Source: Rotaria socialis
Taxonomy: Eukaryota
Direction: 5' to 3'
Length of the DNA stretch: 64,000 nucleotides
Assembly (NCBI GenBank): GCA_905331295.1
Contig: CAJNYD010000185.1
Span: 1 to 64,000, forward strand
Part shown: positions 14,540 to 28,863 of the stretch, piece after piece
Layout: every line of letters starts with the position of its first letter
Numbering within the stretch: the stretch's first letter is position 1
Position numbers and translations under genes: made by a program
The notes under the pieces: generated by a model
Database searches by the model: none
Seen by the model: only the letters and a program-made list of their open reading frames with translations
What the model was told of the DNA's origin: nothing

Positions 14540-17500
14540 ATGAAGCTGGAATTAACTATTGAAAAAAATGTGGTTCTAAAACGTGATAAACCTTGGTCGT
14601 ATTTTTATTTTCTTAACGATCAAGATCTGCTATGTTATAATGAACATAAAAAATTCGAATCAGCCAATTCATCGAATGGTAAAATTGATCATGTACCAAA
14701 TAGAACAATAGCAAATATATCGAAATCATCGCTGACACATTGTGCATCGAATAATGGAAAATTTTGTGGATTTCTTTCTCCTAATTATGAAGTAACTATT
14801 TGGGATAAGGACAAATTAATCCGAACGATTCCATCATGTTTACATGCTGTAAAAGCAATTAAAAGCAAACCATTTATTTCTCTAAGTAATAATGGTGAAC
14901 AAGTTCTTCTTATATTTCAACAACCCTATCGAATATTTCTCTGGATTAAGTCGCCTGTTATTCCCTTACCACAAACTCGCCATCATCAAAAAAGTCCCTT
15001 ATGTTCACATATTGGAAATAATGCAACACATGAAATCGGTACTTGGCACGATCTAAATATAACTGATGAACAATTTAATATAATGAATGATGATAAATAT
15101 AAAATATCTATTGATTGTTTTTTTCGTTCAAAATGTTCGTCAGTGATTTGTGCATTTGTATTCTATGACCAATCAGGTTATATCCAAATCAATCGAATTG
15201 ATATTGACTGCAAATCAACAATTATTGGCGAACAATCATTATCATATTCATTTGAAGTTCTTCAAATACCAATCGCGATTTCAGCATCTTCATGTGCGAT
15301 ACGATTTGCTCATACATCACCTATATTAGCTATTAGTTTTCTAAGCTATGTCCTGTTTGTTTCTTTAACAACAATAACATTTTCAAAATTAATTCCCATT
15401 GAATGTTCATTTAAAACATCACCAACTCATCAACAAGTTTTTATCAATGATTTAATTTGGAGTTATGATGATCAATTTATAATCGGTTTGACTAATCGTG
15501 GCGGTTTATTTTTCCTTAATCGTTTTGGTTCACAATTGCATTTAATAACACAAGGCGAATGTGTAACACAAGGTCCATCATTATTCGTTATTATTCATCC
15601 ATTGATTGGAAAAGATAGTGAAGCAACAACTCATTTAGGTTTAGATTCATTTATGCAATCGATTGCACCATTTTCTGATGATGATAAAACCAAACAACAA
15701 AGATTTTCACTAGCAGCTGATACGAATAAATCATTGATCTATTGTAGCGATGGTTATCGTTTAGCACGTTTGACCTATTCGCAGAAAATTCGAGATAGAA
15801 GATTTTATGATCCATTACTTAATCTATATTTACTGGATCTAAATAGACAACAAGAACAATCAGTATTTCATAAAGCAAAGTAAAAAATATTTTCTTTTAT
15901 CAAATTAAATCTAAATCTATATATGTATATGTATATATATTTAGATTGTATGATGAATTTCCTAAAGCTATTGATCATTCAGATGCAGATAGTATTGGCG
16001 GTGGTGGTGAAATCAGTATGTCGAAAAAATATGGAAGTTTAACATCTTTAACAAATGATGATCTACCGGAACTTTCATTAGAAGATGTTTTCTCTGCTTA
16101 TCATCTTCTATTAACATCGTCGAATCGAGTTCAACATGAAATTTGTTCGTGTCTCGAACGAACAACACAAACGCTACTTACATCATCGGACAAGGATGAT
16201 ATACTTACACCAATTCAATTATCACATTGTTTAACAAATTTAGTTTTATCATCGACATTTAGCTCGTTGAATTTTTTACATCTTTCATGTATAACAAAAT
16301 TTATACCATTATTCATCGGTATATTTGAACAGCAAACAACTGTTGTTAATGATCCAGAATTATTACAATTGTGTATTCTGTATATTATTGAACAATGGCT
16401 ACAAGCCGTTTTATACATACCAACGACGTTGAATACATTTGAATTGTGTCGAAGACAAAAAGTCATAAAATCTAACGACGATGAACAAGAACACCAATTT
16501 CAACTTTGTAAAGCAGTTCAACAATTACAATTATTACAAGGAACAAATATTAATTTGGATGATTTTTTACCTGTAAAATTGCCTGACGGACGAGGCGATA
16601 TGCAGGTAGGCATTTTGTTTTTAATTAATAATCGAGCATGTGATATGAGGAATACATGGATTTTTTTTCTAGTAGTTTCATATGTATATTTTTCATAAAT
16701 TCTTCGTTTGAACGTATTGACAAGTTTATTTTTTTTAACGATAAACTGTTGTTTAGCAGTAGACTTCTCTAACGTGAGATATGACTGACTTGAACATTAT
16801 TCGATCTGTTATTGAATTTCATTTCTAAAAACAAGATTTCTGATTTTTTTAAAATTTAAGGTAAGCGATTTACATTTCAATCGTTTAACACTTCTACATT
16901 CATGGTACGAATTGTGGTTAGCAGTAGAAAAAAAATTTCGTCGCGATGTAAAAAATTTACCAAAATATTTAACAACAATTCGTCTTTTCGTTCAATCAAT
17001 ACTTCATTCATATCCATCGTTAAGCTCAATTCGCCTATTACCTTATGGTCATCAGACTGATTTAAATGATCTTTTCCCGCCAGCTATAACAATTGTTGAT
17101 CATCCCCTGCATACAAAAGGTTACTCAGCATTAAATGAACGCCGAAAACAGCGTCGCCGATCACGTAATTCTATTGATATGCCAAATTCAGCTCGTCCAC
17201 TTCGCCGTGGAAAACCACCAACAGAAGCTCGTAAAGCTCTTGTACTTCATCGTGTACTCTATGCACTACTTGAACAATATAATATTCGTGATGCTGTCTG
17301 CATACTTAATGTTGCTTTACGACGTGAAACATCTCTTTTATCATCATGTCTACCTATTGATCTGTTTAGTGCTAATTTATTTCAAAATATTGACACACGA
17401 ACTTATTTTGGTATGCCTGGCAATGCTCTACGATCTGTTCTACGCACTTTAGCTCGTTTTATGGCTCGATCAATGATGACAACGGACAATCAAGATGAAC

Positions 17501-20500
17501 AGCAACTGTTCATTTATTCCATTGATTCAGCGTGTCCATTGCCAAATTTATTTAAAACAACACAAAAAATAAATGAACGACTAAAATATAGAATGATTTA
17601 TATTGATCGAAATCGTTTAAATTTAGCTATACAACAACAGAAAATGAGTAAATTTTGGCAACCATTAAAAGTATTGGAATTATTTATACTTGGCCAATCA
17701 CCAAATGAGGCTGTGTAAGTTATATAATTTAACTTTTATATTACACTTTTTCAATACGTAACTTTCTTTCTGTATCAGAGATTGACACATATTCCTACAC
17801 GCTCGTTCTAGTAAACATCAGTAGTATTTAATACAGGATCGATCTTACACAAGTCATATCTATAAGAAAAATGTTGGGCTATTTCAATCTTCTGCCAGAG
17901 ACAGTGTGTCTTGTACTGAAATACTGAATTATTCTTTACAACATATTTTGCCTATTTAGATTATTTGCTAAATTAGTTGGTGATTGGCGAACAGCCTTGT
18001 GTTTAGCTTCTGTATTACCACCTCACAACGGATTATACGATGCATCTAAACCAACAAAACGCATATCTCCATCGTATTCACCTTTAAATGCTGTTACAGT
18101 TGATGCATTACTTTACACAAAATTATGCGAATATCTTCAAATAGATAATCTTAAATTTGCACTTAAACGTTCGTATAAACAAGATGAAATCATCTCATTT
18201 ATTCAACATTTACCTTCAACATTAGAACAATTTCTCCTGTGTGCTACACTTTTACAAGTACCATTAACAGAAATGTTATTAAGACGTTTAAATGCTACTA
18301 TGATCTATTTATACACATCAATACCGATATTTATATCATCGAAATATTATTTACCATGTCCACCTATTTATTCGTCAATATTAAATACATATGACGACGA
18401 TAAATACGATATTGCATGTAAATATGAAACACATATACGTTTAATTTATTACCGTACAATACATATATTTATTCAATTATTATCCGCAAGTCGAATACAA
18501 TTATCGTGTCTTAAATGGTATTTAGATTATTTAACAATGACAAATAATAGACGTAGACAAACAACAAATGAAACGAATGATAGTTTTTATTCAATTAAAG
18601 TTTTACTTAAATCATTACGTTTTCATAAATTACCAAATATACCCGATCGAATACTTGTTTATTTTCGCGATTTTTGCATTATATTATTTCTATTAGATAC
18701 TCGTGATCGTTTATCACTTGCTTTACGTACGTACATACGTAATAAAACTGAACAGAAGAGTCTGTCAGATCAAATTTCATGGAAAATTATTAGTTATGCA
18801 ACAATACTTACTTCATTTCGTTGTTTAATATCCGATGAAATGGAATTATTACGTGTTGTATTAAATATTTTCTTTGATTTTCCACCGTCAGAACAATTAA
18901 TGCGAGCATTAGCCACATTAATTATTGCACGACAACATCACGATACCAATGCAGATGATAATGCCGAAGTAAAATTCATTGTTGATAAATTAAAAGCAAA
19001 ATGGGCACAAATCAACCCAACATTTATTCAATTATATGAAGGATTTTTAGAATCAACTATTCTACAAGATGTTCAAGGAGATATTGTTCAACATTATATG
19101 GATGATATGTAAGAGTTTTTTTCTTAAACATATTTTTACTAGTGACGATCATAAAACAAAACGTTGGTTACGAAAATAATCATTTTCTTCTGTGTGTTTG
19201 AAAAAACTTAAAACGACAGAATATAGATTCTATGTTTATCAAAGTGAAATTAAAGAAATAGTTCTGATAACCGATAGAGCTCATCGAAATCGAATAGTCG
19301 TTTATGAAGGATCAGCTATCTCACTATCAACCTATTTCAATGCCAATTTTTCTATGAACTCTTAGAATCTTACTTTGTTCTAGACAAGATCATCATCAAC
19401 AAGAACCATTATTTGATTTTAAACCTAAATGGTTTGAAACAAGTGTTGAATATGGCGAATTTATGGCCATGATAACTCCACTTCTTCTTGATACATCATC
19501 ATTGACAAATATCAAACAACAAGAATTAAATAATGATCATACCAAATATGATAGTACATCTATTCCTTTATTACAAACAATGAGTGCACAATTACATGAA
19601 TTGGAATTACCAATAAGTCTTGATAAACGATATTTACTTAAACAGGCTCCACTTTTTGTTCCACCTCATGAATATGTTGTGTTTCCTGTGCGTATGGTAC
19701 CATATGATGCACAACAAACTATGTTTCAACAAACACCATCAAGTGTTAATAATACCACTGTTGGCAGTTTTGTTAATATATCGTCAACACAACAACCACC
19801 TAGTGTTGTTAGTCTCGCAAATCAACATCGACGTAATTATTATACTTCAGATAGCCATACAAATGATATGAATACAAATAATAATAGAAATCCTATGATG
19901 GAATGGGATGGACGTTCAGATGATCCATCGCGATCACATGTACGACAATTTGATGAACCATATTCTGAAGCTGCACGTCGTAGTATTTGGATGGTTGGTT
20001 GGGCTAATCGTGGTTTTACAACTACTACTGATCAGACACAAACAGCTGGCATGCGCATTCCTGTATCTGCGCAGTTTCTTGCTGCAAGCTCATTAGTTAG
20101 CGATCCACAACATTATGAAGCAACCGTTAGGAAACACCCATTACAAAATAAAAATAGTAATGATCAAGCCGACAATGATACTGATCTAACAAATATAACT
20201 AAAGATAGTGAAGATGATGATGCAGGTCGTACACAAAGTGATTTACCATCGAGTCCTCGTCGACGTGATGCTTCATTTCGAAAAAATTCACTTGAAGAAA
20301 GTGTCTCGCTACCTATGATGAGCACTGATGGTGGTGGAGATCTTGGTCGTAGTTATGATATTCGTGCACCGTCAAGAGAAACTGGCGGCGATGAAACGCC
20401 TACGTATGATCCACGCGATTTTCCGACTGACTTCTATAAAGGGCCAACTGTTCAGCAAAATAAATATCAACAAAGATCAAGTCCAATACCACATATTTCA

Positions 20501-23500
20501 CCGTCAACAACGAATGAATTTCAACGGCAACAATCACCTCATTCTGTTCGACAATCGATGAGTGATCGTCGTTTTCTGGATGATTCGGATCCATATGCAA
20601 CTTTACGACTCGAACAAGAAGAACGAGAGAAATATTCAATGAATGGTAATAGAACGTTTCTTTTAACTGATTAGAAAGAATGGGTTTGTGAATGTTTGCC
20701 ATTAGGATACAATCGAATTGAGTTTCAATTAATTAGTATTCTATTGAATGAATAGCTTTGATTTTTGTTGTAGATTCGTTTGTAGAAATTCATTTAGACT
20801 ACATACGATGAGTCTCATACTGTTGTTTCAGATGCTATATCAGTCAGCGATTTACAGCTAACTATTTATTGAAGATGATTGAATAAGTTTCTCAGGATTG
20901 ATTTCTAAAAATATTCAGCAGCTGTTTTAAAATCCACACAGATGCAATAAATCATTCGTTTGATATCTATTGAGCTTATCGGATTTCTAACTTGAACAAT
21001 TAAATACTATGTATTTCTATTCAATCTAGATGCAAATAGAACAATGGCCTCTAAACAGTCACCTCTTGGTCATTCTCCATCGTCACGAGAGTCACATAAT
21101 CATCAACAATCACCATTTCAAGATTCAGCTAATCGTCGTAGTCCTACAAGAGATCCAAATGGCCGTCGATCTCCTACTAGAGATGCATATAGTCATCGGT
21201 CATCTTCTCGTGGTCGACATCGTGACCATCATCATCATCACAATCATCAATCGCAGCAACAATTTTCACAAATTCCACCACCACCACCATCATACGGTCA
21301 AGTTCGAGCACCTGTGCCAATTCAATTTACTCCGTCAATACGTTTACCACTTCTTCGTCTCGGAGCTCCTGCCGTCTCTGCTCTACCTATAGCAGTAACA
21401 CAAACACGACTACAATTACCTGCAGCACCAGTTACTGTTTATCCTCCTCGATCAACATATATTTCACCACCACGACCTCTCGCGATGCTTCATTTAGAGC
21501 CTCAACTTCCGCCACCAGCATCGCTTTCACCACGAGCTACACGAGCTGACCAACAAAAATTTGTATGTGTGCAAAATTTAATGCAACATTATGCTGACAG
21601 CAATCGGCCTCGTCTTCAATTATTACAAATGCGTCCACATCCGAGAACAAATGACACGACTGGCTTAAACATACCAATGCCGACAACGAATGTTGTCACT
21701 AAATCATCAGATACGAAAGTTGACACAGGTATACAAGTCGAAGTACCTCGACAAGATGGTTTTGTTATTGAACCAGGTCTTTTTCAAGTAAGTTCCATTT
21801 TCTTTGAAGGCAACAAACAAAATGTTCCTATTCATCGCTCTTCATTATAGACACTATTACGAGATGCTACTGGAGTAAATTTTACATCGGCTGAAGCTCA
21901 CTATGCTGCTGCACGGGAAATTCAAAAACAAGCAATGGAGGCTCGCCGTCGTGAACGATCAACGATGACTGATTTACCAGCTCATCAAATTCTATACGAT
22001 CTACAATATGCTCGTGGTGGTGAAGGTGATGAACGAAAATTTGTTAATGTTACTGATATTGCTGGACCACATGCTGATGCATTATTGGCTCAAATTGAAC
22101 GAGATCAAATTGAACGAGAACAGCTTCGATTACGTCAACAGCAACAACAACCACCACCGGCACCCCCACCATCATCAATACCTTTAAGTAATAACATGAA
22201 TGAAATGCCACCAACGTCCTATGCGATTGGTTTCGAACGACAATATGGACAAATATTAGAACAACCATCATCATATCCACTAGGATTCGAACAACAACCT
22301 CCAAATGTTAATAATCCTGATAACTGGCAACAAAGAAGTGAACTTATTTTACAGCGTCAACGAGAACGAGAGGAAAGGGAAGCAGAACAACTCGCATTTG
22401 GTAATGCTGATACTGATCGTTCTCATCGAAGAGTTACATATGAACCAAACGTACAAGTATATGGTTCAGATGAATATGTTTGTATTTGATTGAATTGTAT
22501 TTTCTCTTATATTTGTTCTTTACTTGTTAGGATGTTCCTCTCGATTATCTCATTCGACAACCACATCAAACAGCACCAACATCTGATTATAACTCACATT
22601 TAGTAGATCCTATTTCAGTTCGCTCAACTACACCTCGTTCACCACACATGCCACTGTCTAGTGATCGTCAAGTGCCAAGTAAAACGACTACGCTTCATGA
22701 TCCACTTTCTGCACGTAGACAATCTTCAAGCGAACATATAATGCCAACTAAGACTACTAAACCTCTTAATCGATTTTCTCCACGTAAACAGATTTCAAAT
22801 GAACCTCCAATAGAAATTAAAACTACAACACCTCGTGATCCATTCTCGCCACGAAGAACTGCCAGTCAAATATCGCATTCAGTAGCTGGAACACCACGTA
22901 AAGCTGCATCGCCGACTATTGCTGAGCGACATCGTGAAGCTCGTCAACGAAAACTACAAGGATTATTACGTAAACGTGATGAAGAGGCTCTTTCTCTTGC
23001 TGACGCTGCTCTTCACGGTGAACCAATACCAACAACACGAACATTGGATGAATTTCAGCTTGAAGCATTAGAAACAAGTTTTACATCAACCGTGCGCGAA
23101 CTAGGTGGTGCTGATGGAATCATAAATCGTACATATGATCTAGATTTAATGGATGATGATGACGCTGATATCGATTATGATTATTCAGAGCGAAGACCAT
23201 CGAGACCAATGTCAGCTACGACATCTAATGCGAACCATAATTCAAGTCAATATTCGACTTCATCTTCAGGTCTACCACGACCATCATCAGCAGCATCGTC
23301 GACTAGATCTTCTCGAAAAATGACACCAATGGGAAAAGCTATTGTTCAGGTCTGTTTTGCTTAAGGATTTCTCATAATTTCAAATTTGACTGAATTCCTA
23401 ATTAAGTAAATCGATTCTTTTTTGGAATTTAAAAAATGAATTTCTCTTGGCATAAGATAGATATCAATTAATAAATTTTTTTTAGGCTAAAAAGAAAGGT

Positions 23501-24438
23501 CCACCACCGGCTCGTAGTAATATGGCACGAAAGCGACCACTTTCATCTCCAGCTAATCTTGGACAAAAACGAGGCGCAATGACTGCTCCTGTAAAAGGCA
23601 GTCAAAATCAAACTGGATTGATACGAACAATGCGCAAAGCATCACCGCCTGCTCACAAGCCAATGACATATAATGAACGTGTACGTGCTTTGAGTAAGAC
23701 AGACAGTGAAGTACGGTCAACATCAAAATCTGATCCAACTGATCCTAAAGCACTCATGCGTTTATATGGTACACGACGCGTACCAGGTCTCTATGTACCC
23801 TATGAAAAGACGGATCCGCGAGTAACAAAGACATATTCAGAACGAATGAAAGAATTGCAACAACCAGCATTAGGTCAACATCAACATCAACGACAACGAC
23901 CAACACAAAGACAAGAAGAACAAGAACAAGAATTTGATCAACGTCCATCGAGTGCTCCGTCCAGGTAGACATTCGTATGAACCATTGAAAGAGCTTATTT
24001 TTAAATATAATTGTTTTCAGTTCGGCCAGCTTATCTGATTGGGAAGTTGATGATCGTATTAAACAGTTATTGGCCGATGATCAAGATGTATCACCTAATA
24101 AAAAATTTACTAGAACAGTTCCACCATTGCCCAATCTTGATGAACTCGATGATGATAATGGTGATGATAATATGGATGATACAACTTATAGTTTGACACG
24201 TGTAACTGAACAAACAAATGAAAATACTTATGGTGATGATCTTCGTTTACTTCAATATCGACGACCAAATACATTGACTACAAATACTTATGGTGGTACA
24301 AGAGTTAGTGCACGAAGTAGTGCGGGTGGTGATATGACAGCACGTGATGAAAGTGAAATGTCTGTAGGTGAAAGTAGTATTCCAAGCGTTCTCGATTGGA
24401 GTGCACTCGATAGAGATTTTCCGACCGGGACTCATTAG
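14540..24438 (+). CDS. CPLANE1: Ciliogenesis and planar polarity effector 1 (CPLANE1/JBTS17/C5orf42)-like, multi-exon, with a long disordered C-terminal half
   Basis: The N-terminus MKLELTIEKNVVLKRDKPW resembles the vertebrate CPLANE1 start as recalled (MEIRLEILTSTGIKQKKPW). The block GECVTQGPSLFVIIHPLI...KQQRFSLAA...YCSDGYRL matches the conserved GP...HPL...RQRFS...SDGY block. YLPCPP and LVGDWRTA segments are also present. ORF pieces from 14540 to 24438 link through GT-AG introns. Confidence 0.8.
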
Positions 24439-25788
24439 CTTCATATGTATAATGTTTTTTTTTTACTTCTTTATTCCTTTTTCTATCGCGTAGGATTAAT
24501 AATTTTCACTGATGGGAATAATAAAAATGATAGAAACAACGTTTTGACGTTCTAGATAAATAAAATAAAAAGATTTGTTTCCTAAATGCCTTACATAATG
24601 AATTTATCAATTAGAATATTCAATAAATTTCTCCCAAAAGTCACATCAATGTACATTCGATTACTATTGAATAGAAATGGAACCAAGTGTCTCCCATGTC
24701 ACTTTATGTAGCTACTTATCATACTATTAAATGGCTGAATATTCTCTGCTGAGATATGTATCTAGAAAAGATGCTTCAATATTGATGTCAGCTATTCATA
24801 ATATTTACCTTCCATGATGATTATTTTTCATGCCAACATATAGATTACCATGCATAATCTATAAACAAATGTGATGATGAAAAACACGAGTAAACATTGA
24901 ACTTTCCGTACTAATAAATAGAAATATTTGTTCCGATTTGATATTTATATTCCAAATAAAATATTCAATCATCTCTATGCTACTGATGGATTAAACCAAA
25001 TAATTGCATGATAACGTTTTATTGATTATGAATCAAGACAAAATCATTGAGGGAGTAACATTTTCTTCTCGTATTATCTATGGATGACTTTAAGCATTTA
25101 ATTGTATAATATTTTGAAATAATTGCAGAACTCAAATACAAAATTAACGTTAAAACTCTTCGTGAAATAGAAAACAGTTCAGAGAAATGCACAACATCGG
25201 AGACTTAACAATAACTAGCTAACGTTTTAAATCTTATTCAATATGAAGGAATACAACGTATAATAGAATCAATAATAAATAATGCATGATTGCGATCAGT
25301 TTTTTTTATAGTTAACCTGTTTCGCAGAACGTGAAAGTAAGGCAAGCGATGTCTATTTTTAATTTACAAGCAAAATCATGAATCTTGATACATGTTTCGT
25401 CTATTTGATTTATCATAAACTATACTTTATCATATATGAGTTTGATTATATTGTCAAATTAGATAACTACTGTTTTGGGGTTCATTCGAAATCTCAGAGC
25501 GACATCTTCATAACTATTGTATCATCTTTAATATTATTGATTATAGCTCATTGAAAATCTACTGTTCAACAACAAAACAGGTTAACAGTTATACAATGCA
25601 TATGATCTCTATCTCTATTGTAGTACCCAAGTAACAGTTAAAATAACATGCTTGATGTCGATTGACGTAATTCTTTCCGAATTTGAAATCTGAAAGAAAA
25701 GAGAAAAACAGCTGACATTTTTTGTTTTGCAGAAATAGAAAATGATTATTGTTTTTCATCGGATGTCTCTATTGTTTCTGTAACAAAC

Positions 25789-28642
25789 ATGGCGTTAGAT
25801 GATTCTAGTAGGCAGAGAATATTTTAATTGTTAAGACATTTATCTTGTTTCTCAAAATGATCTATTAGAACCGTCCGGAGCCGTAGATCAACTCCGTGAC
25901 CTTTTTATACAGTTAGATCTTCGCGATTCTCCGTCACAACTCTCTCGTCATTCAAGTCCATCTCAAGTACTCATCAGTCAATAAATTTCTAACATTTATT
26001 AATATATTCATGTCTCCTTCTAGGCATCGGACGATATGCCGAAAGCAAATGAATTCTATATTCTTCTACAAGCAGCTGATGAAGTAGCTCTCCGGCTAAA
26101 AGATGAAAATGATGCATTGCATGTAAGTACTCGAACAAAATCTTCTGACGAATTATTTATTCTACTGTTATATTTTATTGAAATAGGATGAAAATAAAAA
26201 ACTTCAATCAAATCTTGTTACTCTCATTCAAGAGAATAATCGTCTACATGAAGAAATCCGAAGCACATTTGTATCGGATATGCTTCGTTTAATTAATACA
26301 GATGATGGGCGACCAATAACGAACAAAGAAGTATAGTCATGAAGAAAAATTGATCTAAATTTTTATTCTAAATTTTATGCTTCTCAAGTCAGAAATAGTT
26401 GAGCTGTATACGAAACAGATGCGTAGTCTAGAGATGGAATTGAAAGCTACTAAGTATGAGCGATTATTTTGAATGAAAGTTGTTGCTAGAATCTATCATA
26501 ATTGTAGAGAAAAAATTAATTTGTATGAAACTTTTGCACAAGCACCAAACGATCTAATCTATTGTCTCAAATGTGGAACTTCTCTTCCATTTTATCAACA
26601 TGCTATTGAAAATAATGAAAAATTCGCTGATATTATGAAGTAAAATTATCAGTAGTAAATATGTCAGCCGATGTCTATCGATTTATTCGTAGAGAAAATG
26701 AAACTAATAAGCGTAAACTACGGCAAACTCAAGTAAAACTTGAACAAATTGAAATTCAACAGCATGAAACATTAGCTAAGTTACAAGTATCACTTGCCAT
26801 AAGTGAACAAAATCAATTTGAAAAAGCAGAAGTAAACTATTTATTGTGAAAATTTTCCTCTATTTTCTAATGTTACATACTTTCATATAGGCTATTGTTG
26901 ACCGAGATCAAATTAGAATCGAACTTGTTGAAACTCAAAAGAGACTACGGAAATATATTGATGAAATGAATGAAACAATTCTGAATGAAAAATATAATAT
27001 TGAGACATTTTTTAACGATCAATTGAAAGAAAGTGCTGAAAAAGTAATGAATCAAGAGATTGAGTCTTAAATAAAAGAATTTTCAATTATATTTTCAGGC
27101 GAGACAAATCGAAGAAAAATGTGCACAATATGAATTAACAATTGATCGATTGATAAGAGAAAAAGCTTCATTAACCGCTGATTTAGACGTTTGGAAAGAG
27201 CGTATAAAAGAACAAGAAATTGATTTCAGCCAAGTGAAAGTTCTTCAACAATTAGTTTCATAATAATTGAAAGACTCTTTTCGCAGACATCGGACTGTAT
27301 TAAACTTAAAATTCAGCAAGTCATGCGCGAACGTGATCAAGCTAATAATAAAACTGTGCAAATTCGATCGGATTTTGAGAAATTCCTATCACAAAGTAAT
27401 CAGGTAAGAAGAAATAAGTTTGAAACGAAAACAAATCATCCTATTAGAATTTAATTCAACTTCATCATCAACTTGGTGCGACACAAATGCGACTCAATGA
27501 AATCGAAAATGAGCTACTTCAATCTAAGAAACAATGTTTGGATTTAATCGAAGAAATAAATCGCTTAACACGAGAGGTATACGAATATTTACTAGATTCT
27601 GTTTTGTAAATGAAGTTATTCAACAGATGAATCATTTTTTCACTCAAACGGTTTATGAATATCTTGAGAAAATATGCGTTTTCGATCATTCATTAACGCT
27701 GATACATTTGATGTTTCTATTTCATAATAGGAACTCCGACAAAGATCTGAAATTTTATCTTAGTACAAATCAGCTAAGAACGCAAGAGATCTTTTGGGAA
27801 TATTGATAGCTTTGTTTGATTGCAAATGTTTCATATAATCTTGAGAGAGGAGACCGTTGATTACTTTTGACATGCATCCTATAATTTCAAAAACTTTTTA
27901 TTCCTTATTTCACAGCTCTTAGCAAAACAAAACGTCAATATTATTTGTCTCATAGAAATATATTTAGTGTTGTAAATTTCTGAGATGTATTTTATGCTTC
28001 CTTGATAAACAAAATCTGATCGATTCTCTAATGCAGAGATAATTGCATTGAATGTTCGAAAATTTTGTTTTTCTCTATGTCGAAAAACGATTTACTAGAA
28101 AATACATATTCTTCATTTTTTGTTTTATTTTTGAAGAATATTATGTTAAAACATGTTAAACAAAGTCTAGAAAAATCACGTGAGGAAAATCTCGATACCA
28201 TCATCGCCATATTAAATCAATGTGAACAAGATTATCGAACATCAATTCAAAATCTTGAATTAGAACGACATCAATCATTGGATTACCTTGAAAATCTTGT
28301 CAATAATCAAAATATAATTTTAAATAAATTACGTTCATATTCACAAAACCTAATTGATCATATTGAAACAATACTAGAACAGAAAGCTCAAATTGTTCAA
28401 GATATAACAAATGAAAATCAAGAAGTACGTATGAAATTATCAAATGCATACGAACGTCTGGAACAAGTAGATAGACAATTAATACAACATAATGATACAC
28501 ATATTAAATTGAAACAACGAATTATTTATTTAGACAATAAAGTTAAAACATATGAAAACATGGTAAGTTTAATTTTGTTATATTAAATTACGATTGATTT
28601 CAATTTCTGTCGTAGTTTAATCAAATTAAGCTACACGATTAA
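25789..28642 (+). CDS. SDCCAG8: SDCCAG8 (NPHP10/BBS16)-like centrosomal coiled-coil protein, multi-exon
   Basis: ATG at 25789 (MALDDS) splices to KPSGAVDQLRDLFIQ, similar to human HAVNQLKDLLRQ as recalled. LQVSLAISEQNQFEKAEAIVDRDQIRIEL is similar to QISEEANFEKTKALIQCDQLRKEL. A CLKCG motif and coiled-coil exons follow. The last exon 28616-28642 ends in TAA. Confidence 0.72.
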
Positions 28643-28863
28643 ATCGATTATTAGCAAAGATTAAAGTGAATATCCCAGTGAGGTTAATGTTAGTTTTATT
28701 CGTATGGGAATTATACTATTATTTTTTTCTTTTTTTTTATAAAATAGTGGGATAGAATATAAGTATAAAAATAAATGTATAGCTGTGAGCAACCCATCCA
28801 GGAGGCATATGAAATATCTAGCAGATCAACATACCGGAGATTAACACTCAATAGTCAATGTTT

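Noticed and set aside
2941..24444. Many short overlapping or antisense ORFs inside spectrin and CPLANE1
   Set aside because: These are shadow frames produced by the codon bias of the real exons and have no recognisable motifs.
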